A stretch of 64,000 nucleotides of DNA from an uncultured Methanosarcinales archaeon (GCA_964535955.1 CAZHVK010000007.1:4118-68117), one strand, 5' to 3'. Shown: positions 1 through 10,587, counted from the stretch's first letter. Program-made: numbers and translations. The notes: generated from the sequence alone by a model not told the origin.

Positions 1-24
1 AAACCAAACCTTTTTATACAACCT

Positions 25-246
25 ATGCAAAATACAAACTTCATGTCATTAGAAAAAAAAGTCAAAAAAGGAGATACATTAAAATGTCCTGATGGTCATA
101 ATGTTGTTATTGATTCATATAATTATGTTAATGATGATATTTCAGATAAAAATGGCGATACTATCCCTGGTAGAGGATTTTTCTGCCATGTATGTGAAAA
201 ACTATACACAACAAGAGAGCTTTATAATACTAAACAACTCTCTTAA
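25..246 (+). CDS. small zinc-ribbon-like protein (Cys/His pairs)
   Basis: 73-aa ORF with KCPDGH...CHVCEK Cys/His pairs; no recognizable family. Confidence 0.3.
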   Translation: MQNTNFMSLEKKVKKGDTLKCPDGHNVVIDSYNYVNDDISDKNGDTIPGRGFFCHVCEKLYTTRELYNTKQLS

Positions 247-1990
247 ACTTCTTCTCAAGATCATACTTTGTTAAGTTAATTATAGTAGGCCTGCCATGCG
301 CACATGCATAAGGGTCTTTGCACTGATACAACTTTCTAACCAGATTATACATCTGCTGCATCTCAATCCTATCACCTTGCTTAATAGACTTTCTGCAAGC
401 CATACGACGTATTACTTTGTCTTTTATCTGATCAATAAGTTTTGCTTTGTTTGCATTAAGTTCATCTAATATATCAAGTAACAATTCTTTTTTCTGTTGT
501 TTGTTCATTATTACTGGAGTTGATCTTATCAAGAAATCATTTGCACCAAAGTGTTCAACTATAAACCCATAGTTTGTTAATTGATTTATGTTAGCTAAAA
601 GTAATTGCGAGTCTGTTGGACTTAGTGAAATTGTTTCTGGCTGTAATAATTGCTGTGTTTTTATACCTTTGTCTTGATATTCTCTGTTGAGGGTTTCTAG
701 ATTAATTCTTTCTTCAGCAGCATGCATATCAATGATAGCAATTCCTTCAGGAGTTTCAGCTAATATGTAACAATCATGTGCTAATCCAAGTATATTTATA
801 TGTGGGAGATATTGTGTCTGTTCATCTGTTGTTATATATGTTTGTGTTTTTGCCAAAGTTTGCTGCATCACTGGCTCAATGATTTTCTCAGCTTTTAATG
901 ATTTTTGTTGTAATTGTTCTGTTATTGGTTGTATTGTTTCTGTTGTTTGAAAAAACTGTCTTTGTATTTCTTTATCAGTTATCATTCTTTCAGTTATCAG
1001 ATTATTTTCATCAAGTGTCTTTCTTACTGCCCCATATACTGCTTGATAGATAATGTTTTCTTTTGACAACCTAATTTCTTTTTTAGTTGGGTGCACATTC
1101 ACATCAATCATTGCAGGATCAATATTAATATTAATGACAACAAATGGATGTCTGTGCAACATTAACAATTCTTTGTAAGCATCATATATTGCTGATGATA
1201 TTGTTTTGTTTTTTATGTATCTTTTATTTACATACACAGACTGCTGGCCCTTATCAGCTCTTGTATAACTTGGTTTAGAAATAAAACCCATTACTTCTAT
1301 ATTATCATCAGAATAATTAATAGGTAGCAAGCTTTTACCTACATCTCTGCCATAAATATGCACAATATTAGATAATGTATCAGATGTTTGTGGTGAATTC
1401 ATTATTAAATTATCATTACTGATTAATTTAAAACCAACACTAGGATTTATCAATGCATATCTGATAACAATATCAGTTATATGTCTAGCTTCATTCTGCA
1501 TATTTTCTAGATACTTTTTTCTAGCAGGTGTATTAAAAAACAAATTAGAAACTTCGATGATTGTCCCATCAGCAGAACCAATCTTTGTCTGGTACTTTAT
1601 CACACCATTTTCGACTTCTAAAAAATTTCCTTCAATAGATTCTTTTGTTTTTGTTGTTATCTTTAGATTAGACACAGCTGCTATTGAAGATAATGCTTCA
1701 CCTCTGAAACCTAATGTATTTATCTTAAATAAGTCTTCAGTAAATTCAATCTTAGATGTAGCATGTCTATGAATACTAATCATTGCATCTTTTTCAGACA
1801 TACCATGACCATTATCTTGTACTTTTATGTAAGACTTACCACCTTCCTTAATCTCTAATAATATTTGGTCAGCACCAGAATCTAATGAATTCTCAATTAA
1901 TTCTTTTACAACACTAGAAGGCCTTTCTATCACTTCTCCTGCAGCAATCTTATTAATAAGGTCTTGGGATAGTATCTTGATTTTTTGCAT
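230..1990 (-). CDS. mutL: DNA mismatch repair protein MutL
   Basis: N-terminal GHKL ATPase motifs (ELIENSLDSGA, VQDNGHGM); 586 aa, typical MutL length. Confidence 0.9.
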   Translation of the reverse strand: MQKIKILSQDLINKIAAGEVIERPSSVVKELIENSLDSGADQILLEIKEGGKSYIKVQDNGHGMSEKDAMISIHRHATSKIEFTEDLFKINTLGFRGEALSSIAAVSNLKITTKTKESIEGNFLEVENGVIKYQTKIGSADGTIIEVSNLFFNTPARKKYLENMQNEARHITDIVIRYALINPSVGFKLISNDNLIMNSPQTSDTLSNIVHIYGRDVGKSLLPINYSDDNIEVMGFISKPSYTRADKGQQSVYVNKRYIKNKTISSAIYDAYKELLMLHRHPFVVININIDPAMIDVNVHPTKKEIRLSKENIIYQAVYGAVRKTLDENNLITERMITDKEIQRQFFQTTETIQPITEQLQQKSLKAEKIIEPVMQQTLAKTQTYITTDEQTQYLPHINILGLAHDCYILAETPEGIAIIDMHAAEERINLETLNREYQDKGIKTQQLLQPETISLSPTDSQLLLANINQLTNYGFIVEHFGANDFLIRSTPVIMNKQQKKELLLDILDELNANKAKLIDQIKDKVIRRMACRKSIKQGDRIEMQQMYNLVRKLYQCKDPYACAHGRPTIINLTKYDLEKKFKRVV

Positions 1991-2566
1991 GATATCAAGG
2001 ATTAGGTTCGAGGTTTATATATATTATTATTCTCTTGTATGTTTTAAATATGTGTATGGTAATGCATAATACTTGTATATTGCTTTTGTAAATTTCGCAA
2101 ACCTATATACTCCAGTATATAAATCAATATAAATCATAAAAACAGAGTATATAGTTAATATACAGTTATCTTCTATACAGAAACCAAGATCTATTTAAGA
2201 GGCTCCAATGAAGATAAAAAACCTGCTTAATAGGATGGAATGCAATATTTCACTTAAATCTAGTAAAAATACTATTGATGCTTGTTCTTCAGGTTTAAAA
2301 AATAAGAAAAAGGCAAAGATTAAATCAAAAATATACTTAGAATTTCAGAAATATTTAGAAGAACTGAAAAAAAAAGAAAAAGAATAGGAATTATTACTAA
2401 AGAGTAATAAAAACCCAAAGATTTATAAATTGCGAAATTTTGAGCTTAGGCTGTGAAATGGCAGAAATTAGTGTTTTTACTTTGTGTGAAATTATTCTTT
2501 CGTGAAATGTGAAAGTATTCGTAAAAACCAAAACATTTAAATATATGTTATAACATACAACATTAT

Positions 2567-3184
2567 ATGTTTCAAGATATAACTACAATTGATATGAAGA
2601 TATTAAGCTTGTATATCAAAGATTACAAAGCAAGCTATTCAATTAGAAAGATAACTAAAAAGCTTGACATAAACTACCCAAATGCCTTTAAAAGAGTAAA
2701 TAAGCTAGTTAAAAAGGACATTTTACTAAAACAAAAAAAAGGGCATGCAAATGATCTATCATTAAATATAAAAAATATTTGTACAATACAATTAATGAGT
2801 TATGTAGAGGAAACTGAAAAACTGAAAAACACAACTTTAAAATTATTAATTAAAGAAGTTATACAAATAGATTCTTTTGCTTGTATTGGAATATTTGGCA
2901 GCAGAGCATCAGGCAAAGCGAAAAAAGGCTCAGATTGGGACATATTCATAATAACGCAAAGAAAAAAAATAAAGAAGATGAACAAGATAATGAACAAATT
3001 TCCACATGCTAAAGATATACAATTACAAGTGTTTTCAGTAGAAGAGTTTGAACAGAGTTTGTTGACAAGAGAAGAAACAGTAGTCAAGCATATCATAAGA
3101 AATAAGAAAATTATTTATAATCCCCATCCTTTCTATAATATAATATATAATTTAGAGATGATTAAATATGCTCCAACACAATAA
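2567..3184 (+). CDS. minimal nucleotidyltransferase (MNT) domain protein with N-terminal extension
   Basis: GIFGSRASGKAKKGSDWDIFI motif (GS...D.D of Pol-beta-type nucleotidyltransferases); overlaps next ORF by 17 nt. Confidence 0.6.
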   Translation: MFQDITTIDMKILSLYIKDYKASYSIRKITKKLDINYPNAFKRVNKLVKKDILLKQKKGHANDLSLNIKNICTIQLMSYVEETEKLKNTTLKLLIKEVIQIDSFACIGIFGSRASGKAKKGSDWDIFIITQRKKIKKMNKIMNKFPHAKDIQLQVFSVEEFEQSLLTREETVVKHIIRNKKIIYNPHPFYNIIYNLEMIKYAPTQ

Positions 3185-3722
3185 GATAGAAGAAAATTAT
3201 AAAGAATTGGTGAAAGTTAAAGCTGTTAAAGAAGATTCTATTATTCAATCTCATCTTAAGTGGCAGAAAGCTGTAAATGATTTGTTACTGGCTGAGAAAT
3301 TACTACAAATTTCTACAAATAAAAAACTAAAAGAGGTATTAAGTCTCGGTGAAGACAATACTTTTTTTGATTGGGTTGTTGTTTGTTCTTATTTTTCTAT
3401 ATTTCATGCAACCCAAGCATTGTTAGGTTTGAAAAAGATCAAAATAATTAATAGATTGCATCATGCTACATTGACATCTTTTGCAAAACATTTTATTATC
3501 AATGATGAGTTAGCAGAAGAATTATTCTTTATTTATGAAGATGCTGAGACAAAAGCAAAAGACTTGTTAGACATACTTGAGGAAGAAAAAGGCAAGAGAG
3601 GATTGTTTCAATATCACAGATTGTCAAGACATAATCTTGATCCTGCAAAAGACTCTGTTGAAAATGCTAAGAAATTCCTCGCCACAGTACAAGAAGTTCT
3701 GAAGAAGAACAAGGTAATATAA
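3168..3722 (+). CDS. HEPN-like partner of the nucleotidyltransferase
   Basis: helical protein, HEPN-like FHATQALLGLKK segment and a C-proximal RGLFQYH (R-x5-H); translationally coupled to the MNT gene. Confidence 0.45.
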   Translation: MLQHNKIEENYKELVKVKAVKEDSIIQSHLKWQKAVNDLLLAEKLLQISTNKKLKEVLSLGEDNTFFDWVVVCSYFSIFHATQALLGLKKIKIINRLHHATLTSFAKHFIINDELAEELFFIYEDAETKAKDLLDILEEEKGKRGLFQYHRLSRHNLDPAKDSVENAKKFLATVQEVLKKNKVI

Positions 3723-3965
3723 TCACATTTTCACCCTTAATTTAAGCCCTGATTTTATCTAAAAAAATAACATATTTGAAAACACAGTAATTAGTATTTC
3801 TCGACTATAAAAATGAAAATAAGGGCTTAATTTTGCCCCTATAATAGAGATTTACCTAGTGGAGAATTAGGGTCTGAAAATGATTTGTGTTCTTGAAAAT
3901 GGCAATATTTATAAACTAAATAAAACACCTTAAATTAAAAAAAGAGTTCTGTTTAGATTAACTGC

Positions 3966-5171
3966 GTGATTGAAATGACAAAGCCTAAAACACTTTTTAT
4001 CCCACATGAACCAATAACATATGAATTAAAGGAGTATATGTTAAATAATGGTTTTGCTGAAAGTATTGAACCTTTTAAGTCAGATAAGTCACTCTACTCA
4101 GTTAGATACCCTTATAAAAAGAAAAACTATAAAGAAGTAATTTTTGGTAAACTATCAAGAGGGAAACATATATTTTTGCTGGGTACTGGATATATGCATG
4201 ATCTCACTTATTTTATATGTAAAGATTTTATCAACAGGCCTTTTACTTTGATTTATCTTGATGCGCATCTTGATGCTAAAGATAATGAAAGAATAGGAAA
4301 AGTAACTGGTGCAACAGTTCAAAAAAGATTTCCAGAGGGTACTGTTTGCTGTGAAAACCCATTATATCAAATACTCAAACATAATCCTAATTTAAGAAGA
4401 GCAATACATATTGGTTGCACAAGTGGAGCAGGAATTGAATATATTCATGATGAATTAGAAAGTCAAAAACTTGTAATGTTTCCTGAACAGGATTTTCATT
4501 ATAAAATCTCACCAGCTGAATATGTTAAAGGAGTGTTATTGAAATCAAGAGAATCATTATTTTCATCTATTTATTTAAAAGATCCAAATGTTTCAGGAGA
4601 AGATATTGGAAAATTAATATGGTATCTTCATAATTTAGGAACAAAAGATGAAAGATACAAAGAAATGTGGAGGAACATAAAAAGTGATGTTATAAATGTT
4701 GACAAAGGATGGGCAGAATTAGAAAGAGAGGACAAAACAAATGAAGTTGCATTAATTGTACGCACTGCAGTTAGTATGCTTGATGGTATGGAAATAGATG
4801 AAAAACAATTAGAACAAATGGTTCGAGAAGGTATGCCAATAAATTTAGAGGTTGCAAAGCAAAATATGACTAACGTCAGAACTGAGTACTTTAGTTATAA
4901 TGATATTATTAATGACCCCCCTTTAATGTTGGATCTAATAGAAGGTGATATTTATATAACTATTGACCTGGATGTTTTAAAAGGTTTTAATTGCCTCAGA
5001 GAATTTAGGCATGGAAAAATGGAATTAGATGAATTAATTCAGATTGTTGGCTTATTTTCTGACAGTAAAATAAGGGATGCTGATATTTGTGGTTTAGGGA
5101 ATTATTTATCAGATGTTAAATCATTTGAAAAAGTAGGGAGAGTTCATAATTCTTTGGAAAAAATAATGTAA
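3966..5171 (+). CDS. divergent arginase/deacetylase-fold (ureohydrolase-like) protein
   Basis: motifs YLDAHLDAKD (DAHxD-like) and ITIDLDVLKG (DxDxxDP-like) in ureohydrolase order; otherwise unrecognizable. Confidence 0.3.
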   Translation: MIEMTKPKTLFIPHEPITYELKEYMLNNGFAESIEPFKSDKSLYSVRYPYKKKNYKEVIFGKLSRGKHIFLLGTGYMHDLTYFICKDFINRPFTLIYLDAHLDAKDNERIGKVTGATVQKRFPEGTVCCENPLYQILKHNPNLRRAIHIGCTSGAGIEYIHDELESQKLVMFPEQDFHYKISPAEYVKGVLLKSRESLFSSIYLKDPNVSGEDIGKLIWYLHNLGTKDERYKEMWRNIKSDVINVDKGWAELEREDKTNEVALIVRTAVSMLDGMEIDEKQLEQMVREGMPINLEVAKQNMTNVRTEYFSYNDIINDPPLMLDLIEGDIYITIDLDVLKGFNCLREFRHGKMELDELIQIVGLFSDSKIRDADICGLGNYLSDVKSFEKVGRVHNSLEKIM

Positions 5172-5394
5172 AACCTCAAAACTTTACCTTTTCTTGACAA
5201 GATTTATATATCCTCCAAGCACATCTCAGATACGTAAACATGAACTAAAGCTCAACAGTTTTACAAACCTAAATTGAGCCGAGATGCTCAAAAACCCATT
5301 TCGCAAAAAATGAGGTCATATTTTACGAAAAAACGGCTAATATGACCAAATTCTAAGCGGAGAGGTTAGTCAGTACCTATAAGTAGTAACCTTT

Positions 5395-5412
5395 CCGAAA
5401 CATTTATAAATA
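5395..5412 (+). promoter_or_regulatory. archaeal BRE/TATA promoter element CCGAAACATTTATAAATA
   Basis: purine-rich BRE followed by TTTATAAA about 25 nt upstream of the 5433 start (leaderless geometry); identical 18-mer recurs at 38190. Confidence 0.55.
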
Positions 5413-5432
5413 CTTCTTATTTTCTATATAGT

Positions 5433-5621
5433 ATGACAATCTATATGGGAAGAGACATTTTTGATACAATAAGAACAGTTAGAGCTAAAAAAACTGTTAA
5501 AAAACTTGAAAATAACCTTTCACAAAGAGCAAAAGCTTATTTAGAAAAGATTGATGAATCTGAAAACTTTGGTGAAATGATTTCAAGCATGTATGAGTCT
5601 ATTAATTCTCAACTTAATTAA
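5433..5621 (+). CDS. hypothetical small protein
   Basis: 62-aa ORF directly downstream of the promoter motif. Confidence 0.25.
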   Translation: MTIYMGRDIFDTIRTVRAKKTVKKLENNLSQRAKAYLEKIDESENFGEMISSMYESINSQLN

Positions 5622-5623
5622 AA

Positions 5624-6220
5624 ATGAATATAAATCATATAATTTCAACAAGTAGTGGACCTGATTCTATTAAAAGAAGCTCTGGCAAAAAAACAAATTC
5701 TCAACCAAGAAGATTAGTAGCAATTAAAAGAACAACACAAGATGAAATAAATGATATTTTTAAAAGTTTTGAAGATAATTTAAACAATGAAGTAAAAAAT
5801 GGTAGTTATAATCCTGAACAAGCTAAAAGAGATCAAACAACTATTGAAGTTGGCATTGACTCAGACCTTGTTAAAGTATTAATTTATGAAACAGGATCTA
5901 TATTTACAAGTCAATATAGACAGGCAAACAAATATCCTTTAGAAATATCACAAAAGTATAATATACAAGGAGATTGGAATTCATTAAACAAACCAATAGC
6001 AATAAGCAGACTTAAATCCAACATAAGAGATATTACAAAGAATGATTTAATTTATTTTTCAGATGATGAAAAACAAATAGGAGTGGCAATTAAGATAAAA
6101 AGTCATGATCCGAAAATTCTTTTACAAAAAATTAAGATTGCATTCAACCAAACATTTGTAAGAGGAAGAGATGAAGACATTGTTGGTGGAATTTATAATA
6201 AAGATATAAGTATTTATTGA
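5624..6220 (+). CDS. hypothetical protein
   Basis: 198-aa ORF, 2-nt gap to the preceding ORF. Confidence 0.3.
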   Translation: MNINHIISTSSGPDSIKRSSGKKTNSQPRRLVAIKRTTQDEINDIFKSFEDNLNNEVKNGSYNPEQAKRDQTTIEVGIDSDLVKVLIYETGSIFTSQYRQANKYPLEISQKYNIQGDWNSLNKPIAISRLKSNIRDITKNDLIYFSDDEKQIGVAIKIKSHDPKILLQKIKIAFNQTFVRGRDEDIVGGIYNKDISIY

Positions 6221-8875
6221 TTATATATCACTCAACCTCATCTGTTTAGGTTCTTTATAATTATCCATTATACCTGATTGTAGTTTTTCTTTTTTTGGTT
6301 TTTCTTTATTTTCTTCTTCTGTTTCTTTATTTTCTGTTTTTTCTAGTTGTTTTTCTTGTTTGTTTTCATCTTTTTCTTGTGTTTTGTCTGTTTCTTGTGT
6401 TTTTGTTTCTTGTTTCTCTCTTTTCAATGGAGCATGCACCCTTTCAGCAATCTTATCTTCCATCTCCAACCTATTCATTATCTGCATAGAACGCTCAATA
6501 ACTTCTTTAGGCAATCCAGCCAACTTTGCAACCTGTATTCCATATGATCTGTCTGTGCCACCTTCTACAATCTTTCTAAGAAACACAATCTCATCTTGTT
6601 TTTCATGTATAGCAATATTATAATTCTTCACACCACTTAACTTCTCTTGCAACTTATTCATCTGATGATAATGTGTTGCAAACAATGTTTTAGCACCAAT
6701 CTTTTGATGAATATGTTCTGCAATTGACCATGCCAGACTAATTCCATCAAATGTAGATGTACCTCTTCCAATTTCATCAAGAATAATAAGTGATTTGTCT
6801 GTTGCATTATTAAGAATATTAGCAGCTTCATTCATTTCAACCATAAAAGTTGATTGACCATGTGTTAAATCATCATAAGCACCCACACGGGTAAAAATAC
6901 GATCCACCAAACATAAATTAGCTGTTTTTGCAGGCACAAATGAACCTAATTGTGCCATGAGTTGTATTAATGCAACTTGTCTCATTGCTACGCTTTTTCC
7001 GGACATATTTGGGCCTGTTATGATTAATAATCTATTGTTTTCATCAATAACAATATCATTAGGCACAAACACAGACTCAATTAATTCCACAACAGGGTGT
7101 CTTGAATCTTTTAACTCAATCTTACTATTTTCATTAATCAAAGGTCTAACATAATTATTATTCTTTGCCACAACAGAAAACGAAACCAACACATCTAACA
7201 TTGCAATCTGTTGAGAGATTTTCTGAATATTTGTTGTATCTTTTTTTATTTCTTCACATACATTAACAAATAAATCATATTCTAGATTATTAATCTTTTC
7301 TTCTGCATTCAGAATCAAAGACTCTTTTTCTTTTAATTCAGGTGTTATAAATCTTTCAGCATTGACTAATGTTTGTTTTCTAATGTAATTTTCTGGTACT
7401 TTGTCTAGATTTGCTTTTGATATTGTTATGTAATATCCAAACACTCTGTTAAAACCAATTCTTAATGAGCCAATTCCTGTTTTTTGTTTTTCTTCTGCTT
7501 CTAATGAAGCAATCCATTGTTTGGTGTTTGTTGTTATTGATCTTAGCTCATCTAATTCTTTATTATAACCAGATTTGATTATATTACCTTCTCTAACAGA
7601 AACATTAGGCTCTTCTTTGATTGATGTATTGATTAATTCTTTTATATTAGAAAGAGTTTTCATGTCTGATATTTGTTTTAATAAAACAGATGATGTCTTG
7701 GAAAGGTGTTTTTTAATCTCAGGTATTAATTGCAGTGACATCTTCAGAGCAACAACATCTCTTGCATTTGCATTACCATAATTAATCTTAGCAATTATCC
7801 TCTCAACATCATTTAACTGTTTTAATAGATGAATAAGATCTTCTGTCAACATAGAATTATTGACAAATTCTTCAACAGCATCTAAACGCCTACCAATCAT
7901 CTCAGCAGACAAAAGAGGTTGCAGTATTATCTTCTTCAACAATCTTCCGCCAACTGAGGTACTTGTTTTATCCAAAGTTGACAACAGTGTTCCTTTTGTG
8001 GAATTATCAAGAATATTCTTAAGTAATTCTAAATTACGTTGTGTACTAGAATCCAAGAGCATATAATTACTTGGTGAGAAAATATTTATTTTATTTATAT
8101 AATCTAGACTAGTCTTTTGTGTTTCTTTTAGATAATTAATAAGTGCACCTGCAGCATTTATTGATAAGTCGGATTTCTCTAGACCAAACCCTTTTAGATT
8201 AATTGTTTTAAAATGCTTCAGAAGACAATTATAAGCCATTTCTGTATTAAAATTATAATCAGAATAAGGATTTATGAATACAGAATTCTGTTCAAACATC
8301 TTTATTAAATCTTTATTAACTCTCAGACTCTCAGGAATAATAATTTCTTTTGGTTTAAACCTTGTAATTTCATTTAATAAATTATCTTCATCAACATACA
8401 TTATCAAGAATTCACCTGTGGACAAATCAATAATTGCCAAAGCATACTTTTCTAATTGTTGGTAGATAGAAAATAAATAATTATTAGACTTAGCATCCAG
8501 CATACTATCTTCAACAACAGTTCCAGGTGTAACAATCCGAGTAACAGCTCTTTTTACAATACGACCTTTCACAGTTCTTGGATCTTCTGTCTGCTCACAT
8601 ATTGCTACTTTGTATCCAGCATTTACAAGTTTTGGTAAATATGTATTCAGAGCATGATATGGAATCCCTGCTAAAGGTGCTCTTCCTTCTCCTTTACCCC
8701 TAGCAGTCAGAGTGATATCTAGAACCTTAGAAGCAGTCACAGCATCTTCATAAAATGTTTCATAAAAATCCCCCATTCTAAACAATACTACACAATCTTT
8801 ATGTTTTTCCTTAACATCCATAAACTGCTTCATTGCAGGTGTTAGCTTTGTCGCAGAACTTATACTCCCTACCAT
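6221..8875 (-). CDS. mutS: DNA mismatch repair protein MutS with Lys/Glu-rich C-terminal tail
   Basis: N-terminal mismatch-binding motif GDFYETFYEDA, Walker A GPNMSGKS, MutS signature FATHY; ~70-aa K/E/T/Q low-complexity C-terminus. Confidence 0.9.
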   Translation of the reverse strand: MVGSISSATKLTPAMKQFMDVKEKHKDCVVLFRMGDFYETFYEDAVTASKVLDITLTARGKGEGRAPLAGIPYHALNTYLPKLVNAGYKVAICEQTEDPRTVKGRIVKRAVTRIVTPGTVVEDSMLDAKSNNYLFSIYQQLEKYALAIIDLSTGEFLIMYVDEDNLLNEITRFKPKEIIIPESLRVNKDLIKMFEQNSVFINPYSDYNFNTEMAYNCLLKHFKTINLKGFGLEKSDLSINAAGALINYLKETQKTSLDYINKINIFSPSNYMLLDSSTQRNLELLKNILDNSTKGTLLSTLDKTSTSVGGRLLKKIILQPLLSAEMIGRRLDAVEEFVNNSMLTEDLIHLLKQLNDVERIIAKINYGNANARDVVALKMSLQLIPEIKKHLSKTSSVLLKQISDMKTLSNIKELINTSIKEEPNVSVREGNIIKSGYNKELDELRSITTNTKQWIASLEAEEKQKTGIGSLRIGFNRVFGYYITISKANLDKVPENYIRKQTLVNAERFITPELKEKESLILNAEEKINNLEYDLFVNVCEEIKKDTTNIQKISQQIAMLDVLVSFSVVAKNNNYVRPLINENSKIELKDSRHPVVELIESVFVPNDIVIDENNRLLIITGPNMSGKSVAMRQVALIQLMAQLGSFVPAKTANLCLVDRIFTRVGAYDDLTHGQSTFMVEMNEAANILNNATDKSLIILDEIGRGTSTFDGISLAWSIAEHIHQKIGAKTLFATHYHQMNKLQEKLSGVKNYNIAIHEKQDEIVFLRKIVEGGTDRSYGIQVAKLAGLPKEVIERSMQIMNRLEMEDKIAERVHAPLKREKQETKTQETDKTQEKDENKQEKQLEKTENKETEEENKEKPKKEKLQSGIMDNYKEPKQMRLSDI

Positions 8876-8921
8876 ATTTTAACCTCTTAATACATCAGAA
8901 TTCGTTTTATATATAAATAGA

Positions 8922-9578
8922 TTATTGTTCTTCATCACTAAAACTATTTCTACAATATTCACCAAAAACCTCAGCAATTTCAGTACATTTTTCACAAATA
9001 TTAGGATCATTCATAGCAATTGCAAGATTCATAAAACACTTTGCTTTATGATGTGGTTTTATTTCTAGTTTACATATTTCCACATTTTGTGTCTGAATAG
9101 CAATCTTTTCAACACAAAAAGCAGCTCTTTGACTATTTTCAATAAAAAAGCAAGGTTTTGTATTATTTGTAGCTACAGCAACATCAAAAAAACAATTAAG
9201 TCTATCCTCACTATATATTGTTTTAAAACAAAGTTCATAATCATTCAATTCAATTGCAACTTTTCTAAAACAAGGACTTTTCCATACTTCATGTTCAATA
9301 TTTTCACATATTGAAGCATCTTTATTCAAAATAGCTATTTCTTGTTCACAATAACTAACTGTTTTATCATTAGTAATTCTTTCATCATGACAAAGCTCAA
9401 TATCTTTTGCTTCTATTGCTTTATCAACATAACACTGAAGTACCATTCCAGGATCTTCATCACCTTGACAATTATCAAAGACAAACAATCCTGTGATCTG
9501 TTCTCTAAAAGAAAATAGTAAAATAAATACAATTACCCAGAATAATAATGCTTTCACCCAATTTTTTAATTTTCTCAT
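8922..9578 (-). CDS. secreted/membrane-anchored Cys-rich protein
   Basis: N-terminal hydrophobic segment then ~16 Cys in a repeated CxxxxxC pattern. Confidence 0.4.
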   Translation of the reverse strand: MRKLKNWVKALLFWVIVFILLFSFREQITGLFVFDNCQGDEDPGMVLQCYVDKAIEAKDIELCHDERITNDKTVSYCEQEIAILNKDASICENIEHEVWKSPCFRKVAIELNDYELCFKTIYSEDRLNCFFDVAVATNNTKPCFFIENSQRAAFCVEKIAIQTQNVEICKLEIKPHHKAKCFMNLAIAMNDPNICEKCTEIAEVFGEYCRNSFSDEEQ

Positions 9579-9681
9579 CTTTTATTCAATATAAATTTAA
9601 CACTTTAAAAATGTTATTGCAGTGCAATATATATAATAAATATATAATAATGATAAATATATAATAATAAATCAATATAAA

Positions 9682-10404
9682 TCAAAACAATTTACTAACA
9701 GCATCCATTGTAAACAAGATAACAGCTTTAGTCTGTTGAAAACTAGGTAGAAATAAGTCTTTTTTCTTATGAACAGATTCAATTCTTATATTATTTATCA
9801 AATGTATTTGTTGTGTTAATCCTGGGTCAAATCTTACTTCTAGGTCTTTTAATTTAGCAATCAATTTTCCTAGACCAAGGTTTGGAGATGTTTCCAGAAT
9901 ATCTTTTTTTGTTAAATCATAATATTTTCTGAATAAACATGTTTCAAGAATTCTACCACACAGAATAATTGTTGACCTATAACAACCAGCTTCATAACAC
10001 TTATTTAATTCATTTACATCTTCTAATATTTCATGTTTAACATCATCTGGTATATTGGTTGGTTTATTAAAAACACCAGACACAGATGAAGAAAGATTGA
10101 TTGATTTTATCAGCCTTTTTGCTTTATTAGCTTTTAATACTAAATCTGTTTTATCTCTGATCTTAGAAATATCAGTCAATGTTTCAATAAGACTAATCAG
10201 AGCTTCATCTTGTTTTAATTCCTGCTTAAGTTTAATATTCAAATCATCTACTTTGTTTGACAAATTAAACATTCTTTTTAAATAATATTCTTTTTGAGCT
10301 TCTACAAACTTGTTACTAGCTTTAGTATTTTCTCTATTCAAGAACTCGATTGCCATCTTTAAATTACTAAGATTTTTATCAATATCTTTGATAATTTGTT
10401 TCAT
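9682..10404 (-). CDS. HEPN-domain (Abi/DUF4145-like) protein with N-terminal coiled coil
   Basis: C-terminal IRIESVH (R-x4-H HEPN motif) after a helical LCGRILE segment; N-terminal K/E-rich coiled coil. Confidence 0.4.
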   Translation of the reverse strand: MKQIIKDIDKNLSNLKMAIEFLNRENTKASNKFVEAQKEYYLKRMFNLSNKVDDLNIKLKQELKQDEALISLIETLTDISKIRDKTDLVLKANKAKRLIKSINLSSSVSGVFNKPTNIPDDVKHEILEDVNELNKCYEAGCYRSTIILCGRILETCLFRKYYDLTKKDILETSPNLGLGKLIAKLKDLEVRFDPGLTQQIHLINNIRIESVHKKKDLFLPSFQQTKAVILFTMDAVSKLF

Positions 10405-10587
10405 ATTATATACTAAATCTTAAGATGTATTTATTTTTTGTGTTTTCAAGAAAAGTAGTAATTCTCGCTTTTTTTGATTAATTATGATGTTTTAAGTCTT
10501 ATTTAGCTAAGAAGAATTCAAAAAAAGCAAAGATATATAAATAAGTATCAATATGAATTAATCTGGATTAATAATTGTTTAAAATTA

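Noticed and set aside
6295-6623. Three overlapping plus-strand Phe-rich ORFs
   Set aside because: Antisense to the low-complexity Lys/Glu tail of mutS; artefacts.
9600-9700. AT-only repetitive stretch (TATATAATAA...)
   Set aside because: Simple low-complexity intergenic DNA, not a structured repeat family.
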